From an uncultured Chloroflexia bacterium (lineage in GTDB: Bacteria > Chloroflexota > Ktedonobacteria > Ktedonobacterales > JADMIN01): DNA of 32,000 bases. Position 1 is the first letter of the stretch, and each line of letters starts with the position of its first letter. The notes under the pieces are model-generated. The model saw nothing but the letters and a program-made list of their open reading frames with translations, had not been told where the DNA came from and searched no databases. Below, piece by piece: positions 1 through 7,088 of this stretch. Location: assembly GCA_963718915.1 (NCBI GenBank), contig CAVRAI010000007.1, forward strand, positions 60,001 to 92,000, in the 5' to 3' direction. The translations under genes were made by a program, and so were the position numbers.

Positions 1-1
1 C

Positions 2-730
2 GCGTCGCGTTCGGCGGCGATGGGGCCGGTCGGGCCGGAGGTGGTTGCCGCCACGTTCTACAACTTCCATCCGCGGATGGTGGCGCGGGCGATCCCCGAT
101 GCATGGCGCTTCTCGTCGCCGGAACACATTCTCTCAGCCCGCTATGACTCCGCCGATGCCGCGCTCCGCCGTCTTCTGGGCGACGCCACCTTTGGGCCAG
201 CCATCGAGGAGGCGGCGCAACTGGCCTACACAGCAGCCTCGGCGTGCGAGGTGGCGGGGCGGCCGCTCTTCGCCGCCCATAGCGCTCGCCCCTGGCCCGA
301 AGCCGCTCACATGCGTCTCTGGCACGCGACGACACTGCTGCGCGAATATCGCGGCGACGGGCATGTTGCCTCGCTGCTCGCGGGCGGGATCGATGGGTGT
401 GAGGCTCACGTCACGCTCGTTGGGACCGGAGCGGTACCACGTGAGGCGATCCAGCCGCACCGTGGATGGAGCGACGAGGAGTGGGAGGCGGCTGAAACAC
501 GACTGCGCGCCCGTGGCTGGCTCGACGACGTGGGCATGCTCACCCAGGCTGGCCGCGACGCCCGCCAGTGGGTGGAGGCGCGCACCGACGCCCTCGCCGC
601 TCGTCCATGGGAGGCGCTGGGCGCGGATGGCTGCGCGCGACTGCGCGAGCTGGCCTTTCAGCTAAGCGACACCGTCGTGCGCGCTGGCGGCGTTCCGATA
701 CCCAATCCGATGGGCCTTCCGTGGCCATAG
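2..730 (+). CDS. SCO6745-family-like protein of unknown function, 5' end outside the window
   Basis: The ORF-track ORF is 20..730, but the frame stays open back to nt 2, so the start is probably upstream. Segments FYNFHPRMVARAIP, LREYRGDGHVASL and RGWSDEEWEAA..RLRARGWLD resemble this actinobacterial family from memory. Not verified by a search. Confidence 0.5.
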   Translation, partial: ASRSAAMGPVGPEVVAATFYNFHPRMVARAIPDAWRFSSPEHILSARYDSADAALRRLLGDATFGPAIEEAAQLAYTAASACEVAGRPLFAAHSARPWPEAAHMRLWHATTLLREYRGDGHVASLLAGGIDGCEAHVTLVGTGAVPREAIQPHRGWSDEEWEAAETRLRARGWLDDVGMLTQAGRDARQWVEARTDALAARPWEALGADGCARLRELAFQLSDTVVRAGGVPIPNPMGLPWP

Positions 731-767
731 AAGCGCCAACCCTGGGCCGAGCGCGCTCCTCGCCATG

Positions 768-773
768 TATAAT
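768..773 (+). promoter_or_regulatory. Candidate -10 hexamer (TATAAT) upstream of the cytidylyltransferase gene
   Basis: A perfect TATAAT lies in the 116-nt intergenic gap, about 74 nt before ATG 847. No convincing -35 is present. Confidence 0.25.
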
Positions 774-846
774 GGGAAGCTGAAGCGCGAGGCGGCTGGC
801 CTCTCACAATGGCGGCAGCGCACATGAGAAGTTGCAAAGGATCAGC

Positions 847-1305
847 ATGGGCGAGGGTGAGACTGCGAACGGTACGGGCAAAAGTGGACTGGTCGTCGTC
901 ACGGGCGTCTTCGATCTGCTGCACATCGGCCATCTGCGCTTTCTGGAGGCGGCGCGCCATCTGGGCGATACGCTGATCGTCGGCGTCGAAGATGATGCGC
1001 GGGTGCGGCGCTGGAAAGGCGCTGACCGGCCGATCATGACGGAAGATGACCGGTGCGATCTGCTGGCCGCGCTCCGGGTGGTGGACCGCGTCTTTCTTAT
1101 CTCAGGTGAGCGCGTAGATCCCGACTATTACGTAGAATTGCTGCATCCACTCGCGCCACGCTACCTCGCCGTCACCGCCGATGATCCTTTCCTGACGGAG
1201 AAGCGGGCGGCGATGGCGCGCATCGGCGTTGAGGTGCGTGTCGTCACGCCGCGTATCGAAAACTACTCGACCAGCCGACTGATTCGCCTGCTTGGCCTTG
1301 CCTGA
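847..1305 (+). CDS. Cytidylyltransferase/adenylyltransferase-family protein (TagD / RfaE-domain-II-like nucleotidyltransferase)
   Basis: The ORF-track ORF is 832..1305 (TTG). I prefer ATG 847, preceded by AAAGGA at 836-841. It has the nucleotidyltransferase signature GVFDLLHIGHLRFLEAA (HxGH) and is the right size, about 150 aa. Confidence 0.7.
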   Translation: MGEGETANGTGKSGLVVVTGVFDLLHIGHLRFLEAARHLGDTLIVGVEDDARVRRWKGADRPIMTEDDRCDLLAALRVVDRVFLISGERVDPDYYVELLHPLAPRYLAVTADDPFLTEKRAAMARIGVEVRVVTPRIENYSTSRLIRLLGLA

Positions 1306-1438
1306 GGAGTGGGGCAGCGGTAGTATAGTGGCACAGAGCATCGCGGCTCTCGATTGCCAGCATATCCTCAGTGCGTATACCCGGATGAACCAGGTCTGTC
1401 TGGCAAAGTAGTTTCAGGTCGCAGGAGGAAGATGACTC

Positions 1439-2236
1439 ATGTGCTTCGATGTTGACTCACAGCCACCGATTGCGCCGCACCACGGTCTGCCAGTGCGCAC
1501 CGAAGAGCTGGTGCTTTCGGCTTCTGACGGTACCCGCTTCAATGCCTTCGCCGCGCATAGCGATTCTACCACGCCATCCGGCGCCGCAATCGTCGTCATG
1601 CCAGACGTGCGCGGCCTGTTTTCGTTCTATCGCGCGCTTGCCCAGCGTTTCGCCGAGGCAGGCGTCGACGCCGTCGCGATTGACTACTTTGGCCGTACCG
1701 CTGGGCTTGATCCGCGCGAGGATTCCTTTGACTATATGCCGCATGTCATGCAGACCACACCGAAAACCGTCAGCATGGATGTCGCCTCAGGCGTTGCCTA
1801 TCTGCGCGGGATGCCAGGGAGCGGGTCGCGGGCAATCTTCACCGTCGGCTTTTGCTTCGGCGGCCATCATTCGTTCCTACAGGCCGCCAACCATCATGGC
1901 CTCGCGGGGGTAATTGGCTTCTATGGCTCGCCGATGCCTCGCCAGGGAGCGACGGTGGGACCGATTCAGCGAATCGATGAGTTCGAGTGCCCGGTGTTAG
2001 GCCTGTTCGGTGGTACAGACCAGAGCATTCCGCAAGACTCCATCAAAGCGTTCGATGAGGCGCTGACCAATGTGCATATCGAACACGAGCTCATTGTCTA
2101 TCCCAACGCGCCACACAGCTTCTTCGACCGCAAGCAGGAGGAGTTCCAGCAGGAATCGGCCGATGCGTGGCAGCAGATATTGCGGTTCATCGCCGCGCAT
2201 ACACCACAGTCGGGACAGGCGCCTGCTCAGGCGTGA
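1439..2236 (+). CDS. Dienelactone hydrolase family protein
   Basis: 265 aa. AGGAGGA at 1423-1429 lies 9 nt before the ATG. The DLH-like layout includes the GFCFGG nucleophile elbow (Cys type), a C-terminal YPNAPHSF His motif and VVMPDVRGL near the N-terminus. Confidence 0.8.
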   Translation: MCFDVDSQPPIAPHHGLPVRTEELVLSASDGTRFNAFAAHSDSTTPSGAAIVVMPDVRGLFSFYRALAQRFAEAGVDAVAIDYFGRTAGLDPREDSFDYMPHVMQTTPKTVSMDVASGVAYLRGMPGSGSRAIFTVGFCFGGHHSFLQAANHHGLAGVIGFYGSPMPRQGATVGPIQRIDEFECPVLGLFGGTDQSIPQDSIKAFDEALTNVHIEHELIVYPNAPHSFFDRKQEEFQQESADAWQQILRFIAAHTPQSGQAPAQA

Positions 2237-2623
2237 GCGCCGCTGGCGACTGATGTGCTTTTAGAAATTACGGGGGACATGCGTGGGGAAGCGCGGGCGG
2301 TTAAAACCGCGCCTCTGGGGCCTGCGGCCACGAAACCTGCCTCCGCAGGTTGCACCGATGCGCTCGCCAGCGGGTATACCGTTGGGACACACTCTGGGAG
2401 TCCGCCTACGCAGACTTGTGGCCACAGGCCCTTCAGGCGCGGTTTGTGAACTTTAAGCAATACCTCCGAACAGCGTGCTGGGATGGGTGTTCCGGAACCT
2501 GCCAGCGAATGGGCCAGAGAGGGCCGGGAAATTCGCCGTAGCGTTAACGCTACGGCTTGCTCACCCCACCACAATGCCCATGTCCGTCGCACATGCTAAA
2601 ACGACATTAACCGCCAGCCGATG
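2237..2623 (+). repeat. Composite array of hairpin-repeat modules, copy A of the dispersed element family
   Basis: A 387-nt gap between convergent genes with no credible ORF. It contains a perfect hairpin AACCTGC-ctcc-GCAGGTT (2334-2351) and GTGGCCacaggccCTTCAGGCGCGG (2418-2442). The core gcgaatggg..gggaaattcgCCGTAGCGttaaCGCTACGGc..ccccaccacaatg (2504-2576) matches the copies at 14009, 17453 and 22081. Confidence 0.6.
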
Positions 2624-3181
2624 CTACAATAGCCGTTCGACCTCGATCTCCGCCGGGAACCGCATGCGATCAGGCTCGCCGAGCCAGAAGAGCCGTTTGA
2701 GCGTCTCACCCGCGGCAAAGAGCAGGTGCTGCTCGGTCGTCTCTCTGGTTTCCGCGTAGGCCGAGGAGCCATCGTGAGTGCGCGTGCTGAGGAACCAGTC
2801 GCGCACCGGCGAGCCAATGGCGGCGCGTACCAGATAGCAGCGCATCTTGATTGCGCCCTGGCTTTCGGGCAGAAAGATACGTAACTGTGGCGCGCCCGTC
2901 ACGAGATCGAGCCGGTAGAACACCCCGAAATGTTCGCGCGAGGTCTGGAAGAGTGAAAGCTCGGCCTCGCCGCGTGCCTCCTCATCCACGGTTCCATCTC
3001 CTTCAAGCGCGAACGGCAAGATATCTTCCGCCTCCTGCTCCTCACCTGTCGGTGCGGGACGTCGAGGAGAATAGGGCATGCTGGTCGGCGGTGGCGGAGC
3101 GGGCGCCAGTTCTTCGGCGGGATCTTCCAGCACGACACCAAGCTGCGCCAACAGTTCCGCTAGTTGTTCGTCGAGTGTCAT
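2624..3181 (-). CDS. Hypothetical protein (acidic, Pro-rich N-terminal half)
   Basis: 185-aa ORF. GGGGAGG lies 6 nt upstream of the ATG on the minus strand. No family recognised. Confidence 0.55.
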   Translation of the reverse strand: MTLDEQLAELLAQLGVVLEDPAEELAPAPPPPTSMPYSPRRPAPTGEEQEAEDILPFALEGDGTVDEEARGEAELSLFQTSREHFGVFYRLDLVTGAPQLRIFLPESQGAIKMRCYLVRAAIGSPVRDWFLSTRTHDGSSAYAETRETTEQHLLFAAGETLKRLFWLGEPDRMRFPAEIEVERLL

Positions 3182-3363
3182 ACACTGCCTCCCCTGTGTG
3201 GGAATGAGAGATTAGGAAGTGAGAGAAGTAGGGTTGTGGTGATGCATTCTCTGGCGGTTGGCTCCAGTCGGAAAAAGATGCTGCAGGGGGAGCCGTTACG
3301 GGCCATTGGGGCAGTGAGTGATATACTGCACGCGACACCACATCATTTGGGAGGAACGAGCGC

Positions 3364-4196
3364 GTGGCTGATATGGACCAGGGCATCAAGCGACTGATCC
3401 AGACACATCCGGCAGACGTGCTGGCGCCGGCATTGCCAGGCGCGGAGCATTTGGGGGCGCTATCTACTGATATCGCTGCCGAGCCACAATTGATGCTGGA
3501 TACACTTCAGCGTATTCGTTACCAGGGTGTCGAGTGCGCTGCGAATATTGAAGCCGAGGCGCGTCCACGTCCAGATATGCCACGTCGATGCTTCGAATAT
3601 GGGGCGAGAGCAAGTATTATCCACAACTTGCCGGTCGTTTCTATCGTGACTCTGGCTCGAACCAGGCGGGGCTGTTCCAACGTCTCCATGCGTCGGACTT
3701 GCTAGCACGTGATGAGGTTGGCTTACTGCCGTTGATCGCGTTCACCGAAGATGGGAAGTCGATCGAGACCATCGAGGCGGCGGCCAATGCGGTCCAGGAA
3801 CGCGCATCAGCGAAGGACATGGCCGAACTGGAACTGCTGCTGGCGCTCTTCTCAGCACGAAATCTGGGGACAGGTCCCATCATGGGGCTGATACGGAGGC
3901 TGTTTATGAACCGTGAAATTCTGGAGGAGTCGCCTCTCTATCACTGGCTGATGCAGAAGGCTACCGAACAAGGTATGGCACAGGGTATGGCACAAGGCGA
4001 GGAACGTGGTCTGCGAGAAGCAGTGCTGATCATGTTACGTGGGCGCTTCGGGGAGCCTACCGCTGATGTAGTCCAGGCGATAGAGGCTGCCAGCCGCGAG
4101 CTGTTGAGCGCCATTCTGCTGAATACCGCGACTGATAGCCTGGCACAAGTCCGCGGGCGTCTTGGGCTTTCACAAGACGGACAGTCCCAGATATAA
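3364..4196 (+). pseudogene. Rpn-family recombination-promoting nuclease / putative transposase with DUF4351-like C-terminus; frameshifted and internally shortened
   Basis: Two overlapping ORFs lie in different frames (3364..3705 and 3588..4196). The first has the Rpn/YhgA-like N-terminus (GIKRLIQTHPADVL, LDTLQRI, NIEAEA, DMPRRCFEYGARASIIHNLPVVSIV). The second has the GLLPLIAF segment and a DUF4351-like tail (LEESPLYHWLMQKATEQG..GEERG..LRGRFGEP). The frame switch is at about 3650-3680, and roughly 25-30 codons seem missing relative to typical family members. Confidence 0.6.
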
Positions 4197-4207
4197 CCCC
4201 GGTATAG

Positions 4208-6158
4208 ATGCGGCACACAGGAGAGATGGATCGGGGCATGCGAGAGACACAGGCTGATGGCGCCGCTGAAATCGCCACTACTGCGCCATCGGCGGCATCT
4301 GCTGGCTCTGACGCGCCGGAGTCCCTTATCTTTGGCTGGCGCTGGGCGGATGCGCTGCTCGACTGGGCGTGGCGGCATCCTCGGCTCCCACTGGCGCTTG
4401 CCATGGTGGCGGGCATGCTGGCGCGGCTCGTTCTGGTCATGCGCTCGAACGCCCTGATCGACGGCGACGAGGCCATGGTTGGCATCCAGGCCGAGCGCAT
4501 CCTGCATGGCGAATTCCCTACGTATTTCTACGGCCAGGCCTACATGGGCAGCCTGGAAACCTACCTCATCGCCGCGCTCTTCCGCCTGTTCGGCCCCTCA
4601 GCCTGGGCAATGCGCGCCGTACCCATCCTGCTCTCGCCGCTGCTGGTCTACCTTACCTGGCGGCTGACGTATGCGCTGCTGCCGCGTCATTCGCGCGCCA
4701 CACCGCTGCTCGCCGGATTAGCCGCGTTCGTCGCCGCCGTCCCACCCCTCTACGACGCCGTAACCGAGTTGCGCACCTGGGGCGGGCAGATCGAGGTGTA
4801 TATCATCAGTCTCGCGCTGCTCCTCGCCACCGTCGAACTGGCGCGGCGGCTACGCGAAGGGGCGGGCGGCGCCGAACTGGCGCGGCGCTGGGCCATCTGG
4901 GGATTCCTAGCGGGGCTGGGCATCTGGGTCAATCCCCTGATTGTTTACGCGCTTATCACCGCCGTCCTCTGGCTGGTGTTTCCCTACGCGCACCGGGCGT
5001 TTCCTGGACTACTGGCGCGGTTGCGCAGGAACGGCGATACACACCCTGAGACGCCCGCCGCTATCCAACCAGCGCGCGCCGCGACCATCCTCGCGGTGGT
5101 TCCGGGGCTGCTCGTCGGCGGATTGCCCGCGTGGCTCTATGCGCTGAGCCACTCTGGCGAAAACCTGCTGGTCTACCTCACCCAGCCTGCCGTTAGCCCC
5201 GCCGTTAGTGGCGCCGCGCGGCAGGGGCGGCTCGTGCTGGCGGGGGCGATCACGACGCACTACGCGGGCTGTATCGCGCCGCAAGTCTTCAACGGCATGA
5301 TGCCCGCTGAGCCGCTGCTCTACTGGCTGCCGCTCCGCCTGCTGTTGCTTCTGCCGCCGCTGGCTGGCATCCTCTGCGCCGTCTGGCTCCTGCGCCGCGC
5401 GAACGATGGCGCGGGCTGGCAGGTGCGCGGAGGGCTGCCGCTACTCTTTGCCGCCGTCATCACCGCCGTCTTCTGCCTGGGTACTTCAGCCTGGGCCGCC
5501 TCGAAGAACTGCGAGTACGATCTCGCCGGACGCTACGCCGTGCCGCTGGTGCTGGTCGAGCCGTTCCTGCTGCTGGCGCTCTTGCGCTGCCGCTCGCGTG
5601 GCCCACGGTGGACGGTTGCTGCGCCGTCCCGCGCTGCCGCTGAATGGGCAGGCGCTGGCGCGTGGCTGGCGGATCGCACTGCTGGCGCTGGTGCTTGGCG
5701 GCGCCATCCAGTTCGGCACGTATTTCGTCTCGGACATGCAGGCGGCGTTCCAGTCGCCGTTCTATCGCTACATTCGCCAGGATCAGAGCCAGCTCTATGG
5801 CTATCTCAAGACGCACGATATTCATTATGCCTGGTGCAATCACTGGCTCGGCAACATTGTCACCTTCCGCACCGACGGCGAGACGGTCTGCGCCGACTAC
5901 TACGATCAGGTGGTCAAGGGCGGGATTCAGCGACCGCCGGGCACGCTTCAAACCGTGAGCCAGGCCGACCGCCCCAGCTTCATCATCGCGCGCGTCAATC
6001 CGCATCCGATCCTTGCACAGGAGCTTGATGCCCAGGGCATCTCATACACGATCGTGGTGCTACCTCAGGCGGGCGTCACGATCATCACCCCGGCGCGCAC
6101 GGTAGACCCCGCGACGGTCATCGCTGGCCTCGCGCAGGACTACGGCGCGAACCAGTGA
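4208..6158 (+). pseudogene. GT-C / GT39-like (ArnT/PMT-type) polytopic membrane glycosyltransferase, reading frame broken near 5575-5645
   Basis: ORFs 4208..6028 and 5406..6158 are in different frames. The first ~455 aa are multi-TM with the loop motif IDGDEAMVGIQAERILHGEFPTYFYGQ typical of GT39-like enzymes. After about 5580 that frame decays into Arg/Ala-rich junk. The other frame reads protein-like (GAIQFGTYFVSDMQAAFQSPFYRYIRQDQSQLYGYLKTHDIHYAWCNHWLGNIVTF...) up to the stop at 6158. Confidence 0.6.
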
Positions 6159-6170
6159 GGCAACGCTTGT

Positions 6171-6197
6171 GGCAAGCTACCATGCTAGCGCATCGCG
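6171..6197 (+). repeat. Direct repeat copy 1 (GGCAAGCTACCATGCTAGCGCATCGCG)
   Basis: 26 of 27 nt are identical to 6817..6843. It contains the imperfect palindrome GCTACCATGCTAGC. Confidence 0.8.
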
Positions 6198-6306
6198 AGA
6201 GCGCCTTGCTGGAGGATGGGTGGGCATAGCGAGTACGATATCGATGAAGGCCTTGTCACGCATCGTTCATGGACGCTGTACCAGGAACAGGAAAGCGAAG
6301 GAATTG

Positions 6307-6705
6307 ATGCCTAACGCTCAGCCGCATGGGCGCCCAGCGCTCAAGCTGACATCCAAGTGGGTACCGGCGTTCACGGCAGAAGACATGAAGGCCTACCTGC
6401 AAGGCGCCCCATCGTGCTCGTTGGGACCAACACTTTCTGGACAGCCTCCTACCGTTGAGTCGGTGGAATTCGTGACCTGTAAAGAACTGACCGACCGCTT
6501 GAACGTATATATTGGGCTGGCCGATGATGCGCTCGTCTGCTATGTCGTGCTGCGCGGTCCATTCAATTTGACGATGATGTCGCTTCCGCCAGGAGCTTAC
6601 CCGGGGCCTCACTTCAGCGAGACAGTCGAGGAAATCTACGACGCGAGTACAGGTGATCGGCTCGTGGGGGCCGCTGGCTCATTCAAGCCGAGACCAGGTT
6701 TCTAG
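6307..6705 (+). CDS. Hypothetical protein (132 aa)
   Basis: The ORF-track ORF 6169..6705 starts at a GTG inside the repeat. I prefer ATG 6307, preceded by GAAGGA at 6297-6302. No family recognised. It is visibly lower in GC than its neighbours. Confidence 0.45.
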   Translation: MPNAQPHGRPALKLTSKWVPAFTAEDMKAYLQGAPSCSLGPTLSGQPPTVESVEFVTCKELTDRLNVYIGLADDALVCYVVLRGPFNLTMMSLPPGAYPGPHFSETVEEIYDASTGDRLVGAAGSFKPRPGF

Positions 6706-6816
6706 GCAGACAGAGATGACACCTCTGATGACTTCCCACCAGAGATGTGAAGGCTGGGCGCATGAGCATTCTGCCAGAGTCAAGTCCCTTTTGGACTGAG
6801 CGCTAATGGGCGGCGC

Positions 6817-6843
6817 GGCAAGCTACCATGCTAGTGCATCGCG
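6817..6843 (+). repeat. Direct repeat copy 2 (GGCAAGCTACCATGCTAGTGCATCGCG)
   Basis: Matches 6171..6197 with one mismatch. It is followed by a 10-nt insertion TGATATACTG that is absent from copy 1, then by the shared AGAGCG. Confidence 0.8.
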
Positions 6844-6852
6844 TGATATACT
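6844..6852 (+). promoter_or_regulatory. Candidate extended -10 promoter (TGaTATACT) for the metG leader transcript
   Basis: A TGnTATACT-type element lies 43 nt upstream of the leader ORF ATG. The -35 is poor, which extended -10 promoters tolerate. Confidence 0.35.
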
Positions 6853-6894
6853 GAGAGCGATGAACGTTTCATAGATACCAATACAGGGACTTTC

Positions 6895-6990
6895 ATGACG
6901 ACGACCGTTCAGCAGCACACCAACAGCATGATGATGGAGATGGCCATGCGCACGCCGCGCGGGGCATCGTCCATGCTGTCTGCTCACTGA
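6895..6990 (+). CDS. Met-rich leader peptide (31 aa: MTTTVQQHTNSMMMEMAMRTPRGASSMLSAH)
   Basis: Hand-translated, since it is below the ORF-track size cut-off. AGGGA at 6884-6888 lies upstream of ATG 6895. Seven of 31 codons are ATG, five of them within 6928-6948. A terminator hairpin starts 18 nt after the stop, and metG follows. Confidence 0.45.
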   Translation: MTTTVQQHTNSMMMEMAMRTPRGASSMLSAH

Positions 6991-7007
6991 ACATCAGCGC
7001 GAGACCG

Positions 7008-7040
7008 GGGCCGCTCCGCGAGGGGGCGGTCCTTTTTGTT
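7008..7040 (+). terminator. Intrinsic terminator / attenuator hairpin upstream of metG
   Basis: GGGCCGCTCC (7008-7017), GCGA tetraloop, then GGGG(G)CGGTCC (7022-7032). About 10 bp, GC-rich, with one bulge and two G-U pairs. It is followed by TTTTTGTT and a second T5 run at 7045-7049, and lies 50 nt before the metG ATG. Confidence 0.6.
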
Positions 7041-7088
7041 GGCCTTTTTATCCGTAATCATCCATCGAGGAAAGCGAGCGAGTGCAGT

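Noticed and set aside
4508-4518. GGCGAATTCCC resembling the reverse complement of the repeat core GGAAATTCGCC
   Set aside because: It is not an exact match, it lies inside the GT39-like coding sequence (LHGEFPTY), and it has no adjacent hairpins.
5406-6158. 250-aa ORF treated as an independent gene
   Set aside because: Its first ~60 codons are junk-like and it has no RBS. The protein-like part begins where the GT39-like frame decays, so it is better explained as the displaced C-terminus of that gene.
6706-7088. T-box or SAM (S-box) riboswitch upstream of metG
   Set aside because: I found no T-box core (AGGGTGGNACCGCG-like) and no S-box conserved helices by eye. The region is better explained by the leader ORF and terminator. 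An Infernal scan is still needed.
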